The translations under genes and the position numbers were made by a program. From Phoronis australis (Eukaryota > Animalia > Phoronida), in the NCBI GenBank assembly GCA_002633005.1, contig NMRA01000320.1, positions 126,720 through 190,719 of the forward strand: a DNA stretch of 64,000 nt. Reading direction: 5' to 3'. Of this stretch, positions 1 to 15,300 are shown one piece after another (positions within the stretch are counted from its first letter, which is position 1; each line of letters begins with the position of its first letter). The notes beneath the pieces are model-generated. The model made no database searches. It was not told where the DNA came from and worked only from the letters and a program-made list of their open reading frames with translations.

Positions 1-167
1 AACTTGTGCCAAGTTGCAGCCAGATTTCTGCAGCAGTGACTGTGCCAGTCATATGTAAAACAGGCGACGAACAAGACATTACTACACTTGTGACCTTCAT
101 TCATCCCTTTGTGACCTTCATACACCCCTGTGCTGCCACACATGGTCACGTCCAATGCAATACCTAC

Positions 168-331
168 CTTTGTCGATGGCCAATATATGGACAGTGTGTT
201 TGTCAAGAGTTTCTCTGTCAAGAGTTTTGAAAATCTTAACCTCTGCCTTGACATCGGTTGAAGCTCCCTCAGCGGTCACACGGTCAACTGAAAACAAGCC
301 GTCATTCTTCGGATTTGGAGCTATGGAGAAG
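168..331 (-). CDS. CadN: Cadherin exon 21 (FSIAPNP...LDRE...ILAIDK)
   Basis: Manual translation; GTAGGT donor at 167. Confidence 0.85.
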
Positions 332-3300
332 CTGTGGAGAAGAAGTGATGAAGTAAGCTTGGGTGGATAAACAACCTGCCATACAGTTTATTCACGAGTA
401 CAGAGTATGTGAAGAAGTGATGAAGTAAGCTTGGGTAGATAAACAACCTGCCATACACCTTATTCATTAGTACAGAGTATGTGAAGAAGAATAACGAGCT
501 GTAACATCACAACCATGTATACAGTTTAATGAAGTGTTAGCAAGGGCATTATAGTTCCTCAAAACATTTGGCCGAAACTTTTAAGTGCGGAACAGAACAT
601 TAAGAAGTAGCTGCAAAAACTTTAAATGATCATTCCAATCTTTTGTGCCAAAAGTAACCAGAAAAATTACTGTCTCCCGTCAAGACGTGTCATTTGAGAT
701 ACTATTATGAATTCAGCTTGCCCTCATCCGTCATGATGGGGAATTCTACTTGCGTTTCACTGTCATGACGGGGAATTTTAAGTCATTTTTTAATTGATTT
801 TTCCTTGTACTGTGTGTCTGGACTCACCTAGTTATCATCCTTTAATATGTGTATCTTAAAAACTATGGTGAAAATTTTAATTGGGACAAAAATAATCATT
901 AAAGTACTACATTTTCTACTTTTCAGAGGCTGACTAACTCTGGGCAAATGCCCTGTGTCTCACCAAATGTTGTTTAGTGACAGCTGCGCTCAACAAACTG
1001 AGCTAACAACAAAGTAAAAGTCATTTATCTTAACAAATTTGACAAAATGAAATCCAACTTTTCAGCCATAGTGTCATAAACTGAATAATTTCTAATATTA
1101 ATATAATTTATTTGCTCAAGTTAAAAACTTTGACGATAATAAAATTAACGATAATAAATGTACAGGAATTTAGCAATGGACTACATAATAATCCTTCGTA
1201 CAGCCCATTTCATGGAAAAAAATCAACAGTCAAAACAAAACAAACATGTAACCAACACATGAGCAATACGTACTCAAATTGGTTGTTGGGACTGGTGGCA
1301 TCTCCATCGCTGGCCGTGACTGCCCAGAGCACCGTGCCAACTGCCTCCCCCTCTGACACTTCGACATTCTTTTGCCCAATTGTGAAAACAGGCGTGTTGT
1401 CATTATAGTCAGTCACACTGATTTCCACATATGCTGTATCATCGTTGACGCCATCACTGACCCTCACAGTCACGTTGAAGAACTTCTTGCTTACTGTCTC
1501 GTAATCAATTGTCTGCCAAAAGAATGGCACAATTAAAATGCAGACAACACAGTTGTGCAAAATCTCACCTATTTCGAACAAAAATAATTGCCAAAGGTTT
1601 CTAACACTGCTGAGGATGGTCACAATTTCTCAGAACCATTTTTGGTAGTAGCTATGGTAAAAAAACAAAATTCAAATTTTCAAAATGGCGCGTGGGTGAA
1701 ACTCGACCTATCCGCTATGAAACAGAAGTTATCAGAGTGTATTTAAATTGAACATTGAAAGTTAAAATGACATGAGCAATGCAGAACATTAAAATGCGCT
1801 CACAGTGTACTGCAAATGGTAAGGTGTAGGGGAGCTTAACAGCTTTATGTAAGCTACAAAGAGACAATGATTTAACCACAAGAGGTAGATGCTATAGTCA
1901 GAACTGACAACAACTGTTGGTACCTCACCTTTTACACTAACACCGGCTCAAAATGTTTTTAAAATGTGCATATATAATAGTAATATTAGTACTACGAAGT
2001 TTACTATCACTGCTCTTAAGAAGATCCTGTGTTAATCCTAAAGCAGATATGATGTCCATACCGCGTAAACCTTCAGTACTCCAGTTTTGCCACTGTCAGT
2101 AATAGAGAAGTATGTCCTATCGTCCTCCTTGGGCAAACTGAAAAAGAGGCCACCCTCGTCGGGGTCATTACAGACCACAGTGAAGATGGTGGCACCTTTA
2201 CTGAGGCTCTCTGACATGGTGGTTTTGTACACAGACTTGGTGAACTTGGGAGGGTTGTCGTTGATGTCAGATATGTCAATTGTGGCTGTGGCAGAGGCTG
2301 AAAGAGGCCATGGAGGAGTTAACACAAGAAAACTAAGAGGCAAAACCAGAGAGTCAAATACAACTCATCGCTCACTCTAGCATTTCAAAAAATTGAATCC
2401 ACATGTTTGGCTTAACGCAAAATCTTAATTTTTAGTTTAACATATGAACCACTGACCCGTAAAAATACACCACTCATAGACATGAAGTAAATGAAATTCA
2501 CTATATAATGCTCCATAATAAAATGATCATGCTTGACCTGATAAAGATAATCGGGCAAATCCATACTGCCGTGTTAGGTGAAAAATACCATGCAATTGTC
2601 TTATTAAATGCTGTAACATTTCTGCTGTATTTTCAGCATGACACAAGACAGAGAATACCATGTAATCACGATATTACACACAACAAACTGAGCAGGTGCA
2701 CAGTGCAGAATGAGGGGGAGAAATGACGTGAAAATGCACAAATATGCTTTTTGTTTGGATATAATGTCCGATTAGTCTTGATGAAACAAGGATTTCTAGT
2801 TTCCTTAAATTAGAATACACAATCCAATTCAAGATCACTCAGTTCCATGTGGAGGATTCTTACCGCTACGAGGCGTGCTTCCTTTGTCGGTGGCCACAAC
2901 TATCACTGTCAACTGTGGTGTCGATTCCCGGTCTAGGTTGTCCACGTTTGTTTTTATCTCACCAGTGACTGTGTCGATTTTAAACTTGTCCTTATTCGGT
3001 CCGTCACCAAGGGAATAGATAAGTTCTGCATTCACTCCTTCATCAGCATCAGTGGCCGATACTGACATCACTGTGGTGTCTACAAGAACCATTTAAAACT
3101 CCAATAACTAGGTGAAATGTTACAAACACTCAAACACAAATTGTATTAGGAACCCTTGCAATAACAGAGGAGACCATTCGGTAACATTAAAGATGGCACT
3201 GCAGTCTACTGAACTCACAAGGGCCATTGGCATGAAATATTCCAAAACCATATCCAGAATCATCTGAACATAAAAAACTTAAGGTAAGACTTGAAACCCT

Positions 3301-6300
3301 AGATCAGTGGTTCCAATGGTTCTTGCAATGCCTTAGCAGTTTCATGAGACAAGCATAGTCATGTAAAGTGCAATTATACCGAGACACCATAAGAATATCA
3401 AGACAAAAAGATTCCGTTCCGGTGTTGTTTAAAGCTACTTTCATGATGACAACGAGCGCTTTCAACGTAAGTCTTTGTACGGTAACAAAACCTAACCATT
3501 TATTATATAGGCAATTTATGAGATCAATGCAAGATTGTTGCTCTAAATAGAAGAAATCAAATTTACAAGTGTAACAATGCCATACAAGCATTAACTAACC
3601 TACAGGGCTTCCTTCCGGTACTTGACCGTTTAGACTAGCCTGGTTAAACACAGGTGTGTTGTCATTAATGTCAATGGGTGTAATCTTTATGAGAGAGTAA
3701 CCCGCAAGAGTCACGCGTGAGCCCGCCGGATTTACTCCTGGCTCATCAAAAGCAATGACGTTGACTGAGTAACTGCCTCCATTGGCGTCACGGTCCAGGG
3801 TCTTCAGTAGACGCACTTCCCCCGTATCCCTGTCAATGTCTAAGAATCCGTCATCTTTCAGCTGTCCAGCCAACTTATACCAGATTTTGGTTAAGCTAGC
3901 ACGGTCTTTGTCCGCGTCTGTGGCTGACACCTGCGGAGACCGAGACGTGTAGACAAGTATGAGAGGGGAGTAATGAGATAATGTACCTATGTATTCCAAC
4001 AAAATAAAATGCAGAAAACTACTCTAAGAGACTCGGACAGGAAATACAATTGCATAAATGAAGTAAATTCAGAAAGGGGAGTCTCTCAAGGAAAGCACGG
4101 AAATCAAAACAAAAAATACAGATGTACGGAAAGAAGGCCTACAACTCAAGTGACAATACATAAACAAACTTAAGTGCAATCTATATACACAAAGGTCCAA
4201 TGATAAAATGTACAAAATATCAAGTCAAACTGTTTTACTTTATTTCTATTGGTTCATCGCACAAATTGACATTCTAGGTTTCAAGGTGCCTAACAAGGAC
4301 TCACCAAAATGAAAGGGAAAAATAAACGTTACGGACAAGGAAAGACTTTTAAAAACAATCCAACGGATGCATGTCATATCAGAGAATTGACCACTTCTAT
4401 TATTACTAATACAAATTTGTCGCTTTCTGTCTTCTCAAGCAGTCACTCAGAGTACACGCAATGTAGTGTGCAATAATGAAATTGAAAGACAATGCCATTC
4501 TTCAGCACCATGACGAGAAAGCAGACAATATGCTCCCACACTATGCTCATTCTCCTCTGTCTAACCGACACAGCTCATAAATTATTTTCCAACTCACCGT
4601 AACAATAACATTTCCGATGCTGGTAGGGTCCTCCTCCACAATGTTCTTGACTTCATACAAATCCTTGGTGAAGACGGGCGCATTGTCGTTGGTGTCCTCA
4701 ATTTTGATAACAACTGATGTCGTAGCAACATTCTTCGTGTCGGACACTTGGTAATTCAGAGTGTACTCCTGAAAATAGACGACTTAAATTACTTTACAAC
4801 ATATACAGTGATAGTTCATAGTAGCAAGCATGCAACATACAACCCTTCAATATTGCGAGATATCGGAAGCGACTGACCCAATGTCTGGTGGGCAAGACAA
4901 CAAAGACAAAACACAAATTCCTCTGTTTACAAACAACGAGACCTTGGACTTTTGTGCGAATCATTTGGCCATCCCACTGAACACGTGATTGTATGACAAT
5001 AGCAAAGAATTAAAAAGCGCTTTGTGGAGTCCCCATGGATGCCCAGACAATAATACAAAGCCAGTCAGGATTGTATTATTTTTTATACATTTATTGCCCA
5101 GACAATAATACAAAGCCAGTCAGGATTGTATTATTTTTTATACATTTATTGCCCAGACAATAATACAAAGCCAGTCAGGATTGTATTATTTTTTATACAT
5201 TTATTGCCCAGACAGTAATACAAAGCCAGTCAGGATTGTATTATTTTTTATACATTTATTGCCCAGATAATCATACAAAGGCAGTCTGAGGTTGGGCTCC
5301 TCAGATCTGGCTTTAACAAAAGTAAATAATTATTAACCAATAAGTATTTACTGCAATAAAATGTAACTGAAACGGAGAATGGAGGAAGGACTTTCACGCG
5401 CCATTCATACACACACTCACTCCGTGCTGATATGATGTCTGATGAAATTATGTGCTATATAAATACATACAATGTAAAAATAATAACAACAGTAGAACTT
5501 TGACCATTTCTAGAATACTAATTAAAACCATGCGCGCAGACCTCTCCATTTATCCACATTTGTGTCCGAGGTATCTGTTAAAAATGTGTTTATAAACCTT
5601 TGTAACTTCAACTTGAAATTGTTAAATAAGAGAGGCTTTTCTACCTTTGTAGTCTGATAAATGACGTACAGTGCAAGTGTAGTAATGGTATTGCAAATTA
5701 ATTCGTGATTTGAGTTAGAGTTTTGAACAACATCTAATATGTCCCAAATGGATGCAGTGACATGCAGATGGCAGAGCATACTGTCCACCAAATACTCTGT
5801 CCCCATTTACCTACAGAGTACACTAAATCATGCCACCGCCATATCAAAAACATGGTCATTAGATGGTAGTAAAAACACGCGACATTTAAACTTGCAGCCA
5901 TGAATCTAGATATTACAGCAATCCAGCAGCTCCAGCTGGAATGTAGTAATTTGACATAAAATAAGCAATTAGCGTTATTGTCACATTATTGTTGTTCATG
6001 TTCTTGTCGTTATTGTCCCTTCATTGTTATGTACCTACACCACTAAGTAATCTCAAAGATGTTTTATAACAGTTGACTATTTTCATGGATGTTATGTTCA
6101 AAAAGCTTTGTTGGACAAGCGTTCACGCAATCATGGTTCCCACGCATATATTTTGAGTTTCTCGTCCATCTCAAGTTTTTATCCTTTTTCATTTTCCACG
6201 AGTTTACGTGCACGAAAGTTTTCCCTGAATGCGAGGGAAAAATGTGGACCGTGTTGTAACAAATGAAGACAGTTGTGAAAAGACAACCATCGGCATTTTT

Positions 6301-9300
6301 ATAACACAGTCCCAATGTCACCTCATCAGATGTAAAGATGAATCAAGAGTCAACTCAGTCCTCCCTTATGTTAGACCTATCTTTTTGCATTGTTACCACT
6401 TTTTTACATATACTAAGCCAAGGGTCCGTTTCATGACAAGCGACTTGAGCCTCAAGTCAGAAATTACGTTACTTCACCATAACTGAATAAAGGTTCAGCC
6501 GTGTAATCATTAGCACATCACGGCCTAGAAATAATTTACACAAATTAATCTAGCAATAATCAGTATATATTCTCAGCGACTGCACTTAGCTAAAGAGAGA
6601 TTTAATCGTTTCTTACAAATAGCTGTGTGGAGTGCCAGACTAAATTTGTGACTTTTCATGAAACCGGCTCCTGTCCATTTCCCAACTGTGGGAATTAAGA
6701 AACTTGGTAATGCATAAACGTTCATTCCCACATCATAGTAAAAACATTATACAGGTTATCACATAAAGTGAGCCTCATTTTACAAAAAAATCAGTCTGCC
6801 AACTTGCAACGGTGTCGCCACTGCCAGTCATAGAAATTAGCCATTCCACAGATAAATCCAACACCACACAAGGAAACTGTTTTCTCACCTTAAAGGCGCC
6901 TTCGTAGTCAAGACCAATCTTATTGGAGATTGTTCCTGTCTGGGGGTCAACAGCAAAGAATCTGTCATAACCAGTAGTGCCCCCTGTGATGGAGTAGGTC
7001 AACTGATGCACGAGAACTGAAAGAAAACCGAACAAACTATGCAACAGAATTCACGCACAAAACTCAGTTTGATCCTAAAGGCAGAAAAGATTATTTCTTC
7101 ATGCTGTAATATAAAGTACCTTCCAAAAGGGAGCTCATTAAAACTTATAAAGCAAATTTTATAGGAAACATGACGGCGCAAAAATGCAGAAAAGTAAAAC
7201 TTATTATTATGTAACTTCATTTTCCAAAGTCTGACAACAAAGCCAGTACCACTTGGGCACTGAAGACAAATGATCACTTACGAGTGTCTGCATCATCTGC
7301 TGTCACACGGATGATGGATGACTGGATTGCATTCTCCTCTATAGTTGCGTCGTAACGAGTTTGAGCAAAGGTGGGCGCATTGTCATTGAGATCGTTGATA
7401 TTAATGATGACATTGCAAGTCTCTGTAAGAATGAAACACACGACTGGTCATACAAACAATCTCTTGGAGGAATGGCAGCTTCAAAGCAACTGCACAAATC
7501 TGTGAAGATGTATACTTTTTAATGACATACCGTGCCACAAACAGTTACAATGCACAAACTAATAGACAAACTAATGGTAGACATTATGAAGCCTCCTGTG
7601 CACCACTTCCACATTTAAGCGTCTTGACTTATACCAGAGCTTGGAATGGCCAATGGCAAAAAAGACGAAAATTTTCCAGGTGATGTATGGTTCCACAAAT
7701 AGGCTTGTGTGATAGAAATATTTTTGTGTTGTAAAACTTCACTGAAATAAATGTTTTTTGCATGAATGAAGTCAAAATAATGATAAAAAGAGATGGAAAA
7801 AGAGAGGAAATTAGAAATCAAATAAGAAAAAGTCTAAACCAAAAAACAGGAAATCTTCTTGAAAGAGGAAAATTCCAAGACTTGTTATACAGATAAAATA
7901 ACCAAGCCTCAGTCTCATGGAATGAAGTCATTGACCTTGTAAAGAGTGAGATAAAACAGGTTGTTCTTGGGAGACAAAAATATCACAGTCACTATAACAT
8001 AACATCTCTTAAGAGTTTCCTCTTCCCAACCAAACCACTTATATTTAGCGGAGCTACATGTATATCCATCTTCACGGCGATTACTCACGTGTGTTAGGTC
8101 CATTTTTGTTTGGCAAAGCTGACTGTGCTCCATCACTAGCCTTTATTTGGATAGAGTACTTAGCAGTCGCCTCACGGTCGAACACATCCTTGGTAAAAAG
8201 CTTTCCATCCCGCATCTCAAACTTGTCGCTGCTGCCTACATTCGGAACGATGGAATAGGAGACCTGCGATGGGAATGATCGTGAATGTAACTAAATGTCG
8301 TGTTACTGTCAATCTTTTGTAGGCAAAGGCGGGTTTCAGCAAGAGTGGAATTCAAAATTATTGAACGAAATTATTTTTTCAATTTAAATTTGAAGGCAGC
8401 AAATGTCGAGTGAGTGTGTTGAGGACGCTCACGGAGAGAATGTGGTGTGAATGGGCTGACAGCCCTCGTGGAAACCAGAACTGATGTGGTGTGAATGGGC
8501 TGACAGCCCTCGTGGAAACCAGAACTGATGTGGTGTGAATGGGCTGACAGCCCTCGTGGAAACCAGAACTGATGCGGTGTGAATGGGCTGACAGCCCTCT
8601 TGGAAACCAGCACTGATGTGGTGTGAACGGGCTGACGGCCCTCGCGGAAACCAGAACTGATGTGGCTATCCTCAGTAAAATATTTAAACAGGAATTATTT
8701 TTAGGGTTATGTAGGACGTTATTGACAAATCTGGGTATATAGCCAACTTTAAAGAAAACCATAGCATTTTAAGGGCGTAAAAAGGATAGTATCCCTTATA
8801 CAAACACCCAGTTTAACAGCCCCTTCAAAAATACCTGTACAATGTTACTACCATTCATAAATAACGGTACAATATCATTACCAAACGACTGGTACAAACC
8901 GTGTTGAAAGGTTGAGTTTTGTCTTCATCAGAAGCCTGAATGATACCAGTAACGGAAGCGCCAATCGGGGCATTTTCATTCACCGTCACATAGAATGTAT
9001 TCTTGGTGTCCACCCCATCAAACACGGGTACTTCGTCATTCTTGTCAATCAGATTAATGGTCACTTCTTGTTCAACAAACAGCTGTACAATTCCACCAGG
9101 GGCTTGTACGGTATCCTAGAAATTGTGCATAGACAAGATTCGTCTACAGTCATAAATAACCTAATCATGTGACCAACAAATTAAAAATCTGAAATGATTT
9201 CTGTGCTGACCTAGGTTCAAACCCCAGTCAACCTGCAATACGTGTTATAATATCATTTACATTATAATACAAAGCAATACATGCAAAAACCATTGAGCAA

Positions 9301-12300
9301 CGCTTTTCAAACTTATGCTTTTTAAAGACAGCAAAAAGCTGTTGTACCATTTGCATAATCAACTTCAGGAAACTGGGAACATCATAAAAATCAAATATGA
9401 CAATAATTAACAAAATGGAAGTATAGAGCAGGGTAACAGGAAGCACATCCCAACGTCTCATACGAGTATGAGCAGCGTAACAGGAAGCACATCCCAACAT
9501 CTCATACAAGTATGAGCAGCATAACAGGCAGCACATCCCAACATCTTATACGAGTATGAGCAGCGTAACAGGAAGCACATCCCAACATCTCATACCAGCA
9601 TGAACTGCATGCCTGACTACGGCAAATTAAACTTCGTTATTACTTACCGTGGCAACCAACCGAATTTTATACTGGGACACTTTTTCGTAGTCCAAATGTT
9701 GGCCAACTAAGAGTTTCAGTTTGGTCTGGTCCTCACCCATGACAAAGTCTCGAAGCGAGTTGGTCTCCGGTGTCTCGCCGGGCTGAATGTAGTACGACAG
9801 CAGGCCACCAGTGTTCTGTGACGTGGCTGATAAATAATAAATATATTTAAAGACATGTCACGTTTATTGCAAACAAAACACCCATTAAACAATAAATGGA
9901 TACAATAAAGTTCGAAACCAGATGTGATATTTTTAATTCCTAACACAATCTCCATTAAATGTACGACAAACAGTAATAACATTGTAAAACTGTAAGCTTG
10001 GTTGTAAAAGTCCTTTTAAAATATCATCGGTTTTATGTAGGTTTTTCACAAATCCCAAAATCTGTAGACAAAGACTGGCGAACAACAGAACTAAGGATTT
10101 CAATGGAATTTTTTGCATACCACTAAAAATTTATGAACCAACGACATCGCTGACTCGATATTATGGCGACTCAGTAAATGAAAGGACTGAGAATACGTAC
10201 AGAGCAGCTCTGTGCCTAGTGGGAGACTCGATTTGAGTGACAGCCCCATAATCTTTGACCTCGGATAAGTAGTAAACAAATTTCCACATGGTTGTGGGGT
10301 TCCAAGGTGGTTTTACTAAATCTTTTTCTCGCTACGCAGTAAATATTTCATATTTGAAGTTCCCAAGAATGAGGATAAGGTATTTTGCTAGACACACGTG
10401 AAATATTGTAAAAATAACCAATTTTTGAGGATAACACTTGAGATATCACTTGACACACAAAATTCAGTTCATGGACTAACCAGTGTAGCTGGCAACTTCA
10501 TACTGTCGGTTTACTAGCTCGCTAACTGTCAGAACCAACGGGTTGGGAGTATTCCATACAGGGGGCTTGAAGTTGCCTTCGTTGAATGTCAGAGTGACGT
10601 CTACTTCCGACGATAGTGCTCTTGGGTTTACACCCTTGTCTGTGGCTTTCACTTTCAGACGGTAATCCTCTTGCTGAAAGCACAATGTCTACCTATGAGA
10701 ACGTAGATTTACAATACCAATGAGAGCAGATTCCACACACATCTGCCAGACAGTTCAGAATCTGACAAAAATCCATGAGAATTAGAAAACTAGCATACAC
10801 TCACCAAGGACAGTTTGGAGAAGGCAAAAATCCATTAGAGTATTAGACATAATACATTTCTGCCCAATAAAATGCACACATGTATACAGCTTCTTGAAAC
10901 ATTCTGTGTCATAAACCGGCCACATTAAGAGCATGAGTTGAAACTTCTTCTAACTTGCAGATGAATTTTTGTCATTCGAAGGAAACTTTTGAGCCTTGTA
11001 AGGCGAATTTCATGGGATTTTTAAACATTTTTCAAAGGGGAATGAAGTTGATATTTGGACCCGAAACAAAGTTTTAAAGGTATGAATACATTTAAATCGC
11101 CAGCTGAAAAAGGCCCAGCCTTCACTTGCAATGAAGCACACACACAAACCTGTCTAGGAAAATGAACAACACTGTGCCTAATATGAGTGAATGTGATTAT
11201 TTCTTAGGAAAAAAACTACTTAAACTAAATTTGAATTCCAGAAAACTGTAGGCCTAGGTTGACCACTTACCGCCAGCAGGTCCTTGTCCAGCACAATGCT
11301 AGCAAAACCGCCCACCTTCACGACACGAAACATGTCGGGTGGGTTTTGCGACACGATGCTATACTCAATCTCCCCATTGACTCCAGTGTCTGCATCACCA
11401 GCCTTGATGGCAAGCACCTCGCGATCCTTACTCACAGATGACCGCGAGATTGTGACATCGTACTGGGCTCGCTCAAATTTAGGTGGATTGTCGTTAATGT
11501 CTTCAATTAAGACGGTGAACGTACAGATGGCATCCAGCCTTTGATTAGCATTATCTGTGGCCTTGACCGTCAGACGGAAGGATTTTTGCGTTTCATAGTC
11601 GTAGGAGGCAGCAGAGGTTATCCTGCCACTGTTGGCGTCCACACGGACAAGTTGGCTTGACAAGTCTTCAACCAGAGAGTAGGAAAGTCTGGCGTTGTTA
11701 CCACGGTCGTCGTCAACGGCCTTCACCTGAGCACAGACAAGCATTGTTAGCTAACATGTAGCTAACCAGAGCCCCACTCAGGAATTCTTCATATTACTAG
11801 AATACTTGATGCTAATATACATTATCAAAATCTCTCCGTCTCGTGCAGAATAATTCTAAGGCAAATCTCACTGTAGTAACAACAGGTGAAAACAATGGAA
11901 ACTGCCTGCTGCAGACTATGTGATCATAATGTACCATTTAGACTTTATTACAGGAAGCAGTCATGATCATGGAAATTAAAGAAACAATGGTTTGATCGCA
12001 TTATTTCAACCATATGGCAGGAGGAGTATGAACAGATGTCAGATGTTGTTTAGTTCACAAAGGCTTTCATTGAACTGTAAATATCAGTCCATATTTTCCC
12101 AATTGTCACTCCAAATGGCACACGATACAAAATGATAAGAGGGACATTATACAGAGATATAGCATTTTCAAATGGAAACCCTATTAGTCTTGAGTCTGTG
12201 GAAGGTGAAACTCGACCACAAACAGCAGCCACTGAGTAAACACAGAACAACCGAAATATTATGTACCTGAATGATAAATTGTCCTGGGATCTGGCCTTCC

Positions 12301-15300
12301 ATAACTTTAGGAGAATATACGCTACAATTGGGAAAATACGGAGGGGTGTTCACATCGTCGATGACTTCAATGATCAAGGTCGACGAGTTAGTGTTGGTCA
12401 CAGTGGGGGAGGAAGAGGAAGGGTTGCAGCAACTCCCGTCGTCCTTGGCGTTGATCTTCAGAGTGTAGCTGACCTCTGTCAATGAGCCCGTCAGTCTCAC
12501 GCTCCCGTCGCTTGCCACAGAGAATGGTACAGATCCCGTGCCTGAAATGGAGTAACAGAACGACACGTTACACATCAGCGACGGTGATTCTATCAGTAGA
12601 TGCAATCAATGGCCATCCGTGACAGCAGTTATACCCAATAGCAATGCATCCACGTTGTGCATCACATATAGTAAAGGTATAAGGGGTGCTCATTTTCAAC
12701 TATTTCCACGGTTATCGAATCCATTCCAAAAATCAACATCAGTTATGCTGTCTTCATTAGGAACACGTATCTCAGATTTCATAAAGGTCCACTGAAGAAC
12801 TTTGAACATCTTAAGCCAGACACATTGACAACCAATTTGATATTGGGGTAAAAACACAGATTGCCACCAGGGGTGCCGCAATGCACTTGTCTGCAAATTG
12901 GTAGCAACCATTTGATACTCTTCTCAATATGAACTCGTCTGCCACCTTTCGTGATGATTGTTCGAGCAGGTGGGCAAAGATGAATGTCACAAAGACACAA
13001 AATTAATGAAAATGACCACTGCGGGGCACAGAAAAAATCTACCTAAAACTCAGCAACAGCCATCATCTCCTACATAGAAAGCTTTTATGTCAAATGTCAT
13101 GAAGGTCTATCAAAAACAAGATACACATGCAAATATTAAAAAATTGCTGCAACGGGACACAGCAGTAGCCAGACCCATCAATGCCAAGTATTACGAAGAT
13201 CCTGGGAGTTGTTCGGGAGACACAGCAGCTGAGATCAGACACCTGACAGATGCACAATGTGAACAAATAAAAATATGGAAGGCTTGCATGCTGTTTCAAA
13301 TGAATACTCTAAAACAAGTTCAGTATTAAATCAGCGGTTTTCAAAACTAAATTTAAATGAACTTTTGAGAAGAAGAGAGTTCCGCCAAGTTTTAATTAGA
13401 AAACATCCTTACCTTGCATACAACCTCAACTGCATTTCTAGATGTAGCCAACATCAAGTTATAAAGCGATTCAAGAAATGAAAAAAGCAAAACACAATGA
13501 AGCAGTACAGAATAAAAGACTAGTTAAAACCTTACTTGGATCTAACTCGAACCTGACCCCATCTCCATCCAGATCACGCGCCTGTAGTCGCGTGACTACG
13601 GTATTTAACTTGGCCTTCTCACTCACTTCTGCGTTAATTTTTGGTCCACCGAGAAAGTAGGGCGCCAAGTCATTTACATTTTTAACTGGGACGTTGACTT
13701 GGACAGTGCTGGACCGCGGTGGGGACCCACCGTCCACCACATTCACCGTGAAAAGATACTGGTGGTTTGGCTGGAAGTCATAGTCCAGTGGCCTACAAAT
13801 AGAAATCGAGTGAGACTTCTGCACCTTCTTTAAATGAACTTCTCCACTAAAACACGCTCAAAAGACGGAGCCATTCGCCCCAACAAATGGAATGACTGTC
13901 ACATCCTGGCAACAAATATACTTCAACATCTACAATAATTTATACCCCGAAATAATGCAAACACTCAAATGGATGCCCAGTTCTCAAAGCATCACTTGTA
14001 TAACCAATGGACAGCTCAAGACACGGCCAGCGTGGCGCCTGTCAGGTTTATTACACATACTTGTTGACAAGAATGACACCCTGGTTTGTAATGTTGAAGT
14101 GGTCGTCATCAGTACTGTAAGTCAGCTCACTGTTCACTCCAGAGTCACGGTCTTGGGCCGTCACTGAAAAACATGCACAATACATTAGTACTATGCTTTG
14201 AAGAAGACAACAGCAGCAGCAACAGCAAACAGCAAAAACACAAAAACACCAAAACAACACCAACAACTCGGAAACAACAACAACAATAAAGCAGTTGAAG
14301 TAACATAAAAGTAAAACCCAACATTTTTTGTATTCTGGAGAATAGGTTCGTCATTGGTATCTAGAGGCATTGTAGTATATAAAATGGTCACTTACTTTTT
14401 GTCTTATATTCACTAAAACACAACTCACGGGTAACCTTACACAATTTTGCCATAATTATTGCCGTACTCTTATTCACTTGACATAACTGTCATATTCCTG
14501 TCGTACCCTATTTCATCTGTCAAATGACATTATCGATTGAACTCAAGACTGTGATAACCTAGTCAGTCCATGTATATAATTGGAGAAATAAATGACAGAA
14601 ACAATATGGTTACACCAACTATTCTACTTCGCTAATGTCATATAAATATTTAATTTGCGCAAGGCAGGGTCCTCGCTTACATTATTTTTTACATGCCTCA
14701 TCTTTGCTGTCATTCATTTAATATATGTGTTGTGCGTATAGCTCAATTCAGTCCCTTAAGGCATGTTGTTAAATGAGAAATTCAAGATGGTTGCTTACCA
14801 GTAGTTACTGGAGAGCCAAGGTCAATGTCCTCATTGACGGCTGGAGCATCAAACCTGGACAACTCAAAGCTGGGGTCGTTATCGTTCTCATCGACGACAG
14901 TGACACTCACCTAGATAGCAACATGCGTTATTACAATTATTAGTAATGTAACAGACTTGTGTTGTTACTAAAGGGGAACGCAGCCGTTTTCAATGTTACG
15001 TTTAAACTTTTAAAACCATCATTCGCCTTGTTCTGACAAGTGAGCACATTCTCAGCATTATCAAACCTTCCTCTATAGCACTGCATATCACAATCATCAA
15101 ATCAATATCCCATGAACAGTATCAGCAATTTACATAAAAATATCTCAAAGCCCAACAGGGATCTTTTTCAGGTAATATCACATATGGTCACTTTCCTGTT
15201 AAAGCATAAGTTTAGACTACAGCAACGTTTTGGGCTATTCTGAGTACAAAGTAGCCGTCACGAACTTTCAATGATCAATTTTCAAGTTGCACTTAAGTTC

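Noticed and set aside
8441-8666. CRISPR-like look (palindromic repeat containing GAAAC)
   Set aside because: Units are head-to-tail with no unique spacers, there are no cas genes, and the context is a eukaryotic intron
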